The position numbers and the translations under genes are program-made. Source: an uncultured Bacteroidales bacterium (lineage in GTDB: Bacteria > Bacteroidota > Bacteroidia > Bacteroidales > VadinHA17). Taken from it: 64,000 nucleotides of DNA. The stretch spans positions 18,039 to 82,038 of the forward strand of contig CAVUJY010000014.1 of NCBI GenBank assembly GCA_963741935.1. The letters are read 5' to 3'. Below are positions 1 to 11,168 of the stretch, one piece after another. The first letter of the stretch is position 1; each line of letters opens with the position of its first letter. Under the pieces are notes generated by a model. It saw nothing but the letters and a program-made list of their open reading frames with translations. It made no database searches and had not been told where the DNA came from.

Positions 1-245
1 GAACAGGTATCGCTTCACATTACCGTTTCAGCAACGAACGTTATGGCATAGATAACGATGAAAAGTTTTTGCAGGAGCGATTTAAAAAGGAGGTAATACA
101 TGAACTTGGTCATACTTATGGGTTGGTTCATTGCCATGTTCCCACATGTGTAATGAGATCAAGTACATATGTTGAAGACATTGACCAGAAGGAAGCTGGT
201 TTTTGTATTAACTGCCGTGAGTTACTCAGATCAGTGTCAGTCTGA
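1..245 (+). CDS. archaemetzincin-family Zn metalloprotease, C-terminal fragment (5' end outside the window)
   Basis: Frame-3 translation reads ...HELGHTYGLVHCHVPTCVMRSS...FCINCRELLRSVSV*. This is the HExxHxxGxxHC zinc site followed by a Cys cluster, as in archaemetzincins. Stop TGA at 243-245. Confidence 0.7.
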   Translation, partial: TGIASHYRFSNERYGIDNDEKFLQERFKKEVIHELGHTYGLVHCHVPTCVMRSSTYVEDIDQKEAGFCINCRELLRSVSV

Positions 246-1616
246 ATCTTTACTGAAAGTTACCCCGTCAAGATCACTCAATATTTCATTCCTGAAGACT
301 TGCATCTCACGGATTAGTTTGGGATTTACCCATTTATGATATGTATAGCGTAATGTATAATATCTTTCCTTAATTACTTCTTTGTAAAACAATACAAGGT
401 ATCCTGCCAGTGGCACTATTAAACCGGATAAGAGTCCTATCCATCCGATGAGAAAAGTGACCATAAGTACAAACAACGGCAAATACATCAGATAAAGAAC
501 AGTTCCCAGACTCACATAAACAGAGCTGTAGAATCTCCTGTCCTTGATGAGAATATCACATACGACTCTGGGTATGATGAACGGAATCAGGTTAGAGAGG
601 TAACCAAAAACAAAAACGGGCAGCCCGGCCAGAACAGCAATGTATCGAATGAGACCAAGATCCAGATTTCTGGCCAGGTTTTCATCTTTAAGGCTATGTG
701 CTTACAAGAAGTTCATTGTAGTGTTTGACTTTCTCTTTAAGGGATATCAAGTTTTTCTCCTGATGTTTTTGCAAGATAATTGACTTTTTCTGACACAACT
801 TTTTCTATCATCCTTCTTTCATCAGTATCAAACCTCCACTGAAATAAAGGAAGTATTAAGTTATTTCTTTCAATAACAAGAAGATGTTCTGCAATCCAGT
901 CATTATCAGGATTTTCAATGATCATTACTTCTTCTCTGAGTGATTTGTTAACTTTCTCGTTGAAGCTGTTTAATGCTCTTGCCGGATTCGAAAGATATTC
1001 ATCCTTAAGTTCTTTTATACTAAACGATTCATGAAAGTTGATCATGACCTCTTTGCGGAATTTTGAAGGGTATGTATAATTAATACCCACCGGAACAATA
1101 TTGATATCGAGACCATATTTTTCCTCTGCTCCGAAAGCCATTCTGGCTGTGCCTTTTCTTAATTTTTGAAGGCGTTTTTCCTGAACACAAATGCCTTCCG
1201 AAAACACTACCATATTGCCATTCTTCTTAAGAATTTTATAAACTCCCATAAAAGTCTCCAGGTTTTTATGCACATTTTCCAGTCCCTCCTCAAGTACGAT
1301 AAACAGGGGCAACGTTCAGCTGTCTGAGAAGAAACCTGGCAAATGGACGCCTGAACATATCGGCTCTCATGAGGAAATGGAGAGGCTGAGGAAGATAGGA
1401 TCCAACAAGTATCCCATCCATAAAGGAATTCTGATGGTTGCCTACAAAAAGCAATGGTTTCTCAAAAGGAACACTTTTAAGGTTTGAGTAGAAAATCCTT
1501 CTGAAATATACCCTGAATGAAAAGGGAGGCACAATATATTTTAAGATTCTGCTCAGCATCAGGCAGTGATTAATTTTTGAATGTATAATGATTAAACCCC
1601 GGCTGTCAATATACAT
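237..1616 (-). CDS. lysophospholipid (PlsC-like) acyltransferase with C-terminal membrane domain; frameshifted as assembled
   Basis: Fragments 1290-1616, 737-1312 and about 237-690 join into a protein of about 460 aa. It carries the acyltransferase HX4D motif (NHQNSFMD) and hydrophobic C-terminal helices. At least 3 frame breaks (about 1300, 735, 690). Confidence 0.7.
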
Positions 1617-1899
1617 TAAATTTTATTTCTTCAATAAACAAGATGTTATATTTTTATCGGTATAACACGATAAAATGTGGTTGTGCAAATTGCTTGGTCC
1701 GGCATATAGGTACAAAGACATATTTTAATTGTAATTATTCTCCGGTTAAGGTATTTCCTGATTGACAGTACTATGCTGATCATTCGATAGTTCCGCAGAA
1801 TAATTATTTGAACCAAAATTCCTTTAAGTAAAAATTATTTTTATACTAATCAAATTTTACTATTTTTATGTTCTTATTAACCCACCTGATCTTCTTTGC

Positions 1900-3015
1900 A
1901 TGGATCTCACCCGCCGAATTCGAGATAAAATGATGAAAGAGCGCCTCATGTTCGTTTACAGGGGTGTTGTGACAAATGAGAATTCAGTTCCTCTTCTTAT
2001 GTTGCTTGAAAAGGAGATGGAAAATTCAGAATTCGGTTTTGTCGGCAGGAAAAGACTTTTCATGTTTGTTCTCGAGAGTCTGCAGAATGTCTCACGGCAT
2101 AGTAATAAGAGTCAGCATGCCGATATGTCACTGGTAGTATATTCCAAAACTGATCTCGGGTATACTGTTACTACAGGAAATGTTCTTCCGGTATCAAGCA
2201 TTAATGAGCTTAAGGTTAAGCTTGATGAAATAAATAATCTTGATACAAATGAGATCAGAAATGTCTACAGGCAGATGCTTAGTACTGCAGAATTCAGTAA
2301 TAAGGGAGGTGCAGGCCTTGGTCTGATAGAGATGGCCAAGAAAACAGGGAATAAACTGGATTATGATTTTGTTCCGATAGATAAAGATTTTGCATATTTC
2401 ATTTTGAGTAAGACAGTCGATTCCGGCGGTGTTGGAATTCACTATGGTGAGAAAGAACTGCCATTTCAGGGCACATCTGTAACACAACTTGAAAGACTGA
2501 TGGCTGAAAATAATGTGTACCTTATCTGGTCGGGGCATATAACTCCCGATGTAAGCAAAGAGGTATTGTCATTTACAGAAACAAAAATGGCTGAGGAAGA
2601 TATTGAAACCAGTCTGAGGAGAAGGGTATTCAGTATACTTGTTGAGATACTTGAGAATGTAGCAAAATATAGTCCCGGAAGGGAGGCAGAAGAACAATTC
2701 GGAATGCCTGTCGCAATGATCCGTCTGGTAGGGACGGAATATGCTCTGACAACAGGAAATCTTATCCCAAATCAGAGTGTTGACCACCTGAAGGAAAAGC
2801 TTGAAATCATTAATACCTATGATAAGGTAGGACTTAAGGAATTGTTCAGAAAATCGCTTTCTGGCCAGACTATTACAACTGACAGTACAGGTAATATGGG
2901 ACTTATTGATATGGCCAGGAAATCAGGAAGTAAACTTGAATATCAGTTTGAGAAGATAAATGAGCTGTATTCATATTATACTCTCACTGTAAGAGTTGAA
3001 GACAAGACAGATTAA
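1900..3015 (+). CDS. tandem-duplicated SiaB-like / GHKL (histidine-kinase-like ATPase) domain protein
   Basis: Intact 371-aa ORF. The two halves align to each other (F/YxxxG...TTGN..P..S...LK.KL..IN..D and GGAGLGLIEMAKKTGNKLDYDF versus TGNMGLIDMARKSGSKLEYQF). Each half has a G-rich ATP-lid-like box as in SiaB-family kinases. Confidence 0.6.
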   Translation: MDLTRRIRDKMMKERLMFVYRGVVTNENSVPLLMLLEKEMENSEFGFVGRKRLFMFVLESLQNVSRHSNKSQHADMSLVVYSKTDLGYTVTTGNVLPVSSINELKVKLDEINNLDTNEIRNVYRQMLSTAEFSNKGGAGLGLIEMAKKTGNKLDYDFVPIDKDFAYFILSKTVDSGGVGIHYGEKELPFQGTSVTQLERLMAENNVYLIWSGHITPDVSKEVLSFTETKMAEEDIETSLRRRVFSILVEILENVAKYSPGREAEEQFGMPVAMIRLVGTEYALTTGNLIPNQSVDHLKEKLEIINTYDKVGLKELFRKSLSGQTITTDSTGNMGLIDMARKSGSKLEYQFEKINELYSYYTLTVRVEDKTD

Positions 3016-3759
3016 GTTAGTTTTTTAAATAACAGATTCTCTCCATCCCATTCTGCATAACTCCCGTTCTTAATCCAGTCACCAAGGAATACAATTTCAA
3101 CATTCTCACCTATTTTATAAGTCATTGCCAGATGCCGGTGACCAAAAATAAAATAATCAATTTTGTTGTTTTCAAGAAATGATTTTGCATACCTGATAAG
3201 ATCCTCCTTATCTTCACCAAGGAATTCATTTGTTATCCCCTTTTCCAAGGCGTGAACTTAATGACCACTTAAGACCTATGCCTACACCGATTGAAGGATG
3301 AAGAGCGGAATACATTGCACGCAGTGGTTTATTTCTGAATATTGAAAGAAGTATCTTATATCCCTTATCATTGGTCCCAAGTCCCTCCCCATGGGCCAGA
3401 TGAAACTTTGTGCCATTAAATACAGTCGTCAGTGGTTCTGTATGAATTGTGATTCCACATTCACTTGAAAGATAATCACTTACCCACATATCGTGATTGC
3501 CTGTAAAAAAATGAACAGGAATCCCTGAATCTGTAATTGTAGCCATTGTTCCCAGAAATCTGGTGAAACCCCGGGGAACTACAAGTTTGTACTCCCACCA
3601 GAAATCAAAAATATCTCCGAGAAGGTAGATTTCTTTTGCGTCGGGGACAATTGAATTCAGCCATTTAACAACTTTCTTTTCTCTTTCAAGAGGAGAAGTA
3701 CCTGCAGGTAGTCCGAGGTGAAAATCAGAAGCAAAATATATTTTCTTGTTTACTGCCAA
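3012..3759 (-). CDS. lpxH: UDP-2,3-diacylglucosamine diphosphatase LpxH; one frameshift as assembled
   Basis: Calcineurin-like metallophosphoesterase motifs (SDFHLG, GDIFDFW, GNHDMW, GHRH). Fragments 3226-3759 and 3012-3248 overlap. Apparent TTG start. Confidence 0.85.
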
Positions 3760-3771
3760 AATAAATCTCTT

Positions 3772-4934
3772 TTAGTCAAACAATTGTCCGAGTTTAAGCT
3801 GAAGTGATCTTCCATGCAGATTCGAAGCAATTATTTTACCATCCTTATCAAAGAGATAATTGGTAGGGAGCCTACTGTACATTGAAAAGGATTGCGTTTT
3901 TAGGATTACGAGGGTCATCTTCCCTAGTGCTGATCCATGGTAATTCGTCAAATTTCACGGCTGATTTCCAGTCGGATTCATTTTCATCAAGATTGATCTG
4001 GTAAATCTCAAATCCTTTTTTATGATAAAGCTTATAATATTCCTTAAACTGGATATTCTCATCAATACATTCTGACTGATTTTACTGACCAGAATGTGAG
4101 AAGAACATATTTACCCTTGAGTGATGAAAGAGCAACTCTTTTTCCTGTAACATCAATCAGGTCAGGATCAAGCTTTGTTGCGGGCAGATCATTTGTAATT
4201 TTTTCAATCTGACTGGCATACATTTGATTCATCTCTTTTTCAAAATCTCTGGCAAGAGCCTGTACCTGTTTTGAATTGGGATAATGGCGTGTCAGCGAAT
4301 CTGTAACTATCTTCAGATACTGAAGATCTTTTGGATCATAAAGAACATACAGATCGGGATTTATCTTTTGATACAATGCTTTTATTGAAGCAATGGAATT
4401 TATATTATTAATAATGAATTCAATATTTTTCTTGCGTTGTTGCTTTATAATTTTTGTGTATTCAGCTTCAAGAGCCGGACCTTTACTATCAAATTCAGGT
4501 TCAGTCGCCGCTTTGTCATATATGGCTGTTAATGAATCGAGACTTCTTTTTGTTCCGGCAAGAGTTATATCGAGAGATTGTATTTTTTCGGAGCCGGCGG
4601 AACCCTTAACAGTATAATCCTCAAACAGATTTTTTCCATTAAATTCAAGATTAATCTTTTCTCCGGGTTCCGCAAGAAGGGTAATAAAATCGTTAGTGCT
4701 GTAACCCAACTGGTAAAAGTCAGGCTCAGATGCCCTGACCTTAAACCTGAATTTCCCGCTTTTATTTATTTTAGCGGAATCCAGAAATACGGGAGTATTA
4801 ATTTCTACCCTGTTTAAATAAATATATTTTCCTGGTTCACCATTGATAACACCAGTGACTGAAAATGTCCCTTTTTCTTTACAACTGGAAACAGTTAAAA
4901 TAAAAGCCAGAAAGATAAATATTCGTTTCATCAA
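3772..4934 (-). CDS. DUF4369-like N-domain plus TlpA/thioredoxin-fold lipoprotein, active-site variant SVEC; frameshifted as assembled
   Basis: Signal peptide plus lipobox (TVSSC). The C-terminal thioredoxin fold is reconstructed across 2 frame breaks. It is colinear with the downstream paralogue, but CAPC is replaced by SVEC. Confidence 0.7.
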
Positions 4935-4969
4935 ATTAGATTTCTATGATTTTAAATTATGTTTCAATT

Positions 4970-6139
4970 TTATTTATTAAACAGTTCAGCAAGCTTTGTC
5001 TGTAGTTGTTCCCCTCTAAGGTTTGAAGCAATTATACGGCCATCTTTATCGAGAAGAAAATTAGACGGTATTGATTCAATCTTGTATAAAGGAACAACAA
5101 CTGAATTCCAGTACTGAATATCACTTACATGTATCCATCTTCCCAAGCTGATCATCCTGAATACCTTTTACCCAGGCATCCTTTGTTTTATCAAGGGATA
5201 CCTGGAATATCTGTAAATCCTTTCTTATTGATACAGATTATAAGCTTTTACAAGATTAGGATTTTCTTGTCTGCAAGGAGCGCACCACGATGCCCAGAAA
5301 TCAAGCAACACAACGATTCCCCGTGTTGAAGAAAGTTTAATTGTATCACCTTCGGGTGAGGGAAGGGAAATTTCGGGAGCTACTTTTCCAATTCCGGCTT
5401 CGGGTGTGTCTGCATTATCCCCTTTCATACTCTGCAACATTTCCTGTAATTGCTGATGAAGCGTTGTAACTGGCTCATAATCAGGGTATAGCTTAGACAG
5501 AGATGAGTCAACCTTTACAAAATATTCCACATCCTTGGTGGGATTAAGAACATATACACTGGGAGCTACCTGCTGATATAAAGCAACAAGGCTAACCAGA
5601 GAAGTGAGATGATTGTCGATATAATTTTTTGTATAAATATTTATTTCATTAAGATAGATCTGAGCCAGGCTGTCAAGCGATTCCATAACCTTTGGCAGAT
5701 TTGGACTTTCTGCATTTTGCATATAGATATTATTTAGTCCGGTTAGTTTGTCAATTGTCTTCTTTAATTCATGATTGTACTCTACCATATATTGAGTTCC
5801 CTCAGAACCTGAAACTGATTTAGGGTAATTCAGCGAATCATAATATGAATTTAATGAAATATTTTCCCCGGGAGAAAGAAGCATTGTCAGGAAATTACTA
5901 TTATTAACTTTTAAGAGATAGAAAGAGGAAGTTTAATTTTCCTGTTGAAGCTAAATTTTCCATTTTCTCCTAACTTAACTGAATCAACGGTAATTAGTTC
6001 ATTAGATGTGAGTTCATCAAGATATAATATATCCGCCGCTACTGGGTTTCTCAAGAGTACCTGAAATTCTTACACTATTGTTCTTGCAACCGGTAAATAC
6101 TAACAAAATCAACAGGCACGGAAAAATTATCCTTTTCAT
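4970..6139 (-). CDS. DUF4369-like N-domain plus TlpA-family thiol:disulfide oxidoreductase lipoprotein (CAPC motif); frameshifted as assembled
   Basis: N-terminal MKRIIFPCLLILLVFTGC lipobox, [17 protein letters not shown] active site, and C-terminal ...IPSNFLLDKDGRIIASNLRG. At least 4 frame breaks. Confidence 0.75.
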
Positions 6140-6324
6140 TAATTATAATATTAGTTGATAAATTTTTAAAATATTGAATTGCAAAGGTATTCTTTTTTTA
6201 TTCTGACACTACTTTTGATCTTTTTTATTAAAATTTTGTTACCATACTGGGCTGGTTTGCAGCGTTCGTTATTTATTAGTATCTTACATAGGTTTTTAAA
6301 TCATAGAAGTCTAATCGTAATTAT

Positions 6325-8281
6325 ATGAGTTACATTAAGTTCGAAAAGAGCCAGGTAGTTAATCTTGAATATTCCCTGGCAAGAGAAGTTATACGCACAA
6401 ACCGGGCTGGTTCTTACTCTTCAACTACACTCGTTGGTTGCAATACCAGAAAATATCATGGATTGCTTGTTTGTCCTGTTGATGAGTTCGGAGGTGAGAG
6501 ATTTGTACTCCTTTCTTCACTTGATGTTACAGTTGTAAACAATGATAAGAGTTTTAATATTGGAATACGGAAATTTAAAGGTGATTATTTCAGTCCCAAA
6601 GGGCATAAATATATTGAAGATTTTGATGCAGATAATATTCCTTCCAGGATCTACAGGGTAGGAAATGTAATTCTGAAGCAGGAAAGGTTGCTGGTACATT
6701 ATGAAGAGCAGTTTCTTGCAGATTTACAATACTTGAGGCATCTGAACCAATGAAACTCCAATTCCGTCCATTTCTTGCATTCAGGAATATTCATCACCTT
6801 ACTCATGCTAATCTCTCTGCAAATACAAAGATTGATTTGATTGAGAATGGAATTCAGTCAAAGCTTTACGATGGATTTCCCACTTTGAATATGCAGTTTT
6901 CATCAAAAGTTGAATTTGTTCATGTTCCCGACTGGTATCTTGGTGTTGAATATCCCGAAGAACAGAAACGGGGTTATGATTATTCTGAAGATCTGTTTAC
7001 TCCGGGATTTTTTGAACTGAAGGCAAGAAAAGGAGACGTTATAGTGTTTTCAGCCTCCACCAAACAAGAAAAAACTTCAGGATTTAAGCAGAAGTTTACA
7101 AGAACTGTGACGGGTAAGATTCCCAGGGACAGCTATATAAATTGTCTGCGAAATGCTGCCCAGCAGTTTGTTGAAAAAAGAGGAGGAAAGACACTTATAA
7201 TTGCAGGATATCCCTGGTTTGGAGCATGGGGAAGGGATACATTTCTGTCATTACCCGGATTGGCCCTTGCCAGACATAGATTGGTCCTTTACCGCGAAGT
7301 GCTTGATACTCAGATAGAAAGAATGAGAGACGGGTTGTTCCCTAATATGGGAGATATGGCAAATCCTGCATTTAATTCTGTTGATGCCCCATTATGGTTT
7401 TTCTGGGCAGTACAGCAGTATATTTCTCATGGCGGAACTGATGGATGGGAGAGGTATGGGGAAGCAGCGAAATCAGTGATTAATGCTTATAGGAATGGTA
7501 CCGGGTTTAATATACATATGAGGGAAAATGGACTTATTTATGCCGATGCTCCGGGCAAAGCTCTTACCTGGATGGATGCTGTGGTAAATGGGGTGCCGGT
7601 AACACCCAGGAGAGGATAGCAGGTTGAGATTAATGCATTATGGTACAATGCCGTTTGTTTTTCACTTGAAATGGCAGACACTGGGAAAAGATAAAAAGTT
7701 TATAAAAGAAAATGAAGATCTGCCTGCACTGATCAAAAATTCATTTCTGGAATTATTCTGGGATGAAAAATTGGGTTACCTGGCTGATTATGTTAATGAT
7801 GAAGAAGGTAAGAATACATTTATTCAGACCAAATATGTTGATTGCTGTTTCCCTGCCAAATTCTATGCTTGAAAAAAGTCAGATGAAAAGTATTCTTGAT
7901 ATTGCTGACAATGATCTGGTTACAATAAGAGGACTCAGAACCCTTTCACCACGAAATAAGTTTTATCAGGGATTGTACAAAGGTAATCAGGAGGAGAGGG
8001 ACGGGGCATATCATCAGGGAACAGTATGGCCATGGCTGCTTGGTCCTTTTTGTGAAGGATGGTTAAGAGTATATGGAAATCAGGGAGTTCAGAAAGTCAG
8101 AAAATTGATTTATGGACTGGAAGAGGTAATGAGTGAACATGGGATAAGTACTATTTCTGAAATTTATGATGGAGATCCGCCACATGCACCTCGGGGAGCA
8201 ATTTCACAGGCATGGAGCGTTGGAGAGGTACTTAGAATAATTGATCTTCTTGATACCAGTTTGCAAATATTTAATGACTGA
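6325..8281 (+). CDS. glycogen debranching enzyme (amylo-alpha-1,6-glucosidase family); 3 frameshifts and 1 in-frame TAG as assembled
   Basis: Four fragments (6325-6753, 6750-7619, 7624-7872, 7763-8281) join into about 652 aa. Typical motifs are present (GYPWFGAWGRDT, LTWMDA, VEINALWYNA, HQGTVWPWLLGPF). Confidence 0.85.
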
Positions 8282-8287
8282 TAGGAT

Positions 8288-9580
8288 ATGCGTGTGTTAA
8301 TGTTCGGATGGGAATTCCCGCCTCATATTTCAGGCGGATTGGGTACAGCAAGTTATGGCCTTACAAAAGGTATGGCTACTCTTGACGACCTGGAGGTAAT
8401 ATTTGTTGTTCCCAAAGCATGGGGTGATGAAGATCAGTCAATGGTAAGGCTTGTTGGAGCGAATAAGGTGCCGGTTGCTTACAGGAAAGTTTTGTATAAA
8501 GGATTCCGTACTCCAATTGAACAAATTGAAATATCTTCGAGGATTGTTCCATATACCGATCCTGAGGATTTCTGGAAAATAACAAGGTCAGAAGTTGCAG
8601 GGCATAATCTTTTTGTCCAGACAAACAATAAAGGAACAGTCGATTTCTCAGGCAAATATGATACTAGTCTCCTTGATGAAATTTATAAGTATTCAGTAGT
8701 AGCTTCGGTAATAGCTGAAGAAAATGATTTTGACATAATACATGCGCATGACTGGCTCGCTTATCCTGCAGGGATAGCGGCAATGGAGGTATCAGGCAAA
8801 CCTCTTGTTATACATGTTCATGCAACTGATTTTGACCGGAGCGGAGGAAGTGTTAATCCTGAAGTTTACCGGATTGAAAAAAGCGGGATGGATGCAGCAT
8901 CAAAAATAATTACTGTCAGCAACCTTACCCGTGACATAGTAATAAATAAATATAACATTCATCCTGATAAGGTTGAGACTGTTTATAATGCTGTAGAACC
9001 TGTTAAGTTTGTTGAAGGAATGTCAGTACGAAAAGGCTTCGACGAAAAGGTAGTGACATTTCTTGGGCGTATTACTCATCAGAAAGGACCTGAATATTTT
9101 ATTGAAGCTGCATACAAAGTATTGAAGGTGATGGATAATGTACGGTTTGTAATGGCAGGATCGGGTGATATGATGGAAAGAATGATCAGAAGAGCTGCAG
9201 CTCTGAAGATTACTGACAGATTTCATTTTACCGGCTTTCTTAAAGGGACAGATGTATTTTCAATGCTTGATATGAGTAATGTTTATATTATGCCTTCCGT
9301 ATCAGAACCTTTTGGAATATCTCCTCTTGAAGCCATGCAGTCAAATGTTCCTGTGATTATCAGTAAGCAGTCAGGGGTTGCTGAGATTCTCACTCATGCA
9401 GTAAAAATCGACTTTTGGGATATTGATGCAATGGCCGATGCAATTTATGGTATACTGAATTATCCTGCCCTGGCAAATATGTTTATCAAAAAGGGGAAAG
9501 AGGAAGTAATCACACTTAAATGGGATAATTCTGCAAGACATGTGCGTGATATATATTACAGAGTTTTAGCTAATAAATAG
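8288..9580 (+). CDS. GT4-family glycosyltransferase (glycogen-synthase-like, retaining GT-B)
   Basis: Intact 430-aa ORF. N-terminal FPPHISGGLGTA and C-terminal PSVSEPFGISPLEAM (EX7E-type) motifs. Sits between the debranching enzyme and GH57, as in Bacteroides glucan loci. Confidence 0.85.
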   Translation: MRVLMFGWEFPPHISGGLGTASYGLTKGMATLDDLEVIFVVPKAWGDEDQSMVRLVGANKVPVAYRKVLYKGFRTPIEQIEISSRIVPYTDPEDFWKITRSEVAGHNLFVQTNNKGTVDFSGKYDTSLLDEIYKYSVVASVIAEENDFDIIHAHDWLAYPAGIAAMEVSGKPLVIHVHATDFDRSGGSVNPEVYRIEKSGMDAASKIITVSNLTRDIVINKYNIHPDKVETVYNAVEPVKFVEGMSVRKGFDEKVVTFLGRITHQKGPEYFIEAAYKVLKVMDNVRFVMAGSGDMMERMIRRAAALKITDRFHFTGFLKGTDVFSMLDMSNVYIMPSVSEPFGISPLEAMQSNVPVIISKQSGVAEILTHAVKIDFWDIDAMADAIYGILNYPALANMFIKKGKEEVITLKWDNSARHVRDIYYRVLANK

Positions 9581-9589
9581 TATTAAGAT

Positions 9590-11130
9590 ATGAGCGTTGC
9601 CAGCAAAAAAGCGATTTGCCTTTATTTTCAGGTGCATCAACCATTCAGGCTTAAGAGATACAGATTTTTTGAACTTGGACATGATCATTATTATTATGAT
9701 GATTATTCCAATGAGTCCATAATGAGAAAAGTGGCAGATAAATGTTATCTCCCTGCCAATAATATTATTTTAGACCTGATCCAAAAGCATAAGGGAAAGT
9801 TTAAAGTGACATTTTCGCTTTCAGGTTTAGCAATAAACCAATTCAGGCTATATGCACCTGAAGTGCTTGATTCATTCAGGAAGCTTGCGGAAACAGGAAT
9901 GGTGGAATTTCTTGCTGAGACAAATTCCCACTCGCTGGTTTCTCTAAAAAGCCATAGTGAATTCGAACGCCAGGTAAATAATCATAAACAGATGCTGAAG
10001 GAGTTTCTGGGTGTTGAACCTACATCTTTCCGAAATACAGAATTGATCTATTCCGATGTTATCGGATCGTGGGTTGCAGATATGGGGTTCAAGTCAATCC
10101 TGACTGAAGGAGCAAAACATGTACTTGGATGGAAGAGTCCTAACTACCTGTATTGTAATTCAATAAACCCAAGGCTCAAGGTGTTGTTAAGAAACTTTGT
10201 TCTGAGCGATGATATTGCATTCCGTTTTTCAAATAAAGAATGGAACTCATGGCCTCTGACAGCTGATAAATATGCTTCATGGATAAATAAAATTGCCCCC
10301 AAAAGTGAGCTGTTAAACATATTTCTGGATTATGAGACTTTCGGAGAGCATAACTGGAAGGAGACAGGTATATTTGATTTCCTCGAACATCTTCCTGGTG
10401 CAATTCTTAAAAAGACACCTTTTAAATTCATGACTGTTACAGAAACTGCAGACGCATTGCAGCCTGTTTCGGCAATTAATATTCCTTCTCCAATATCATG
10501 GGCTGATGAAGAACGTGATATTACAGCCTGGCTTGGCAATGAACTTCAGGTTGCAGCTCTTGATAAATTATACAGCCTGGCTGCAAAAGTAAATAAGTGT
10601 GATGACCATCAGATTAAAAGGGACTGGGAATATCTGCAGTCGAGTGATCATTTTTATTATATGGCAACTAAATTCTTTTCAGATGGAGCCGTTCATGCCT
10701 ATTTTAATCCTTATGAGACACCATATGATGCATTCATGAATTATATGAATGTCTTAAGCGATTTTGAGCTTAGATTAAAGAAGTTTTTTCCTGATACAGC
10801 TGAACAGGATCAGATATTTAAGCTTGATTCTCAAATAATTGAGAAGGATATGATAATAGAAAAGCAGGCTTTTGAAATAGATCGTCTGGCTAAAAAACTT
10901 TCCCGGACAAAACCGGCAATAAAATCTAAAACAAAACCAAAAACAAGCATCTGCTAAAGTTACCGTCAAAAGGCGTGACCAAAAAATCTTTAACGGTTCA
11001 GGCAGATGATAAAACAATAGCTCTTACGAAAAAGACTGTAAACAAAGACTCAGCGGCTACCGGTGCCAGGAAATCAGTTAAAAAGACAGCATCTCCTAAA
11101 ACAGCCGGGACAGTCAGGAAAGGTAAGTAA
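9590..11130 (+). CDS. GH57-family alpha-amylase-like glycoside hydrolase with Lys-rich C-terminal tail (tail frameshifted)
   Basis: FQVHQPFRLKRY... and the YETFGEH region are typical of GH57. After about 10950, a shifted frame continues as a K/T/A-rich tail and stops at TAA 11128-11130. Confidence 0.8.
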
Positions 11131-11168
11131 GCTGATAATTCTAATTATTTTAATATAATTTTACAAAA

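Noticed and set aside
7617-7619. An in-frame TAG inside the debranching enzyme, at a position where homologues have Lys. I considered whether this could mean stop-codon recoding or an alternative genetic code.
   Set aside because: I found only this single case. TAG clearly ends several conserved genes at their expected C-termini in this window (ahcY, the HIT-family gene, the BFN nuclease, rsmA, the ABC transporter), and TGA and TAA do so as well. A point error or mutation is far more likely.
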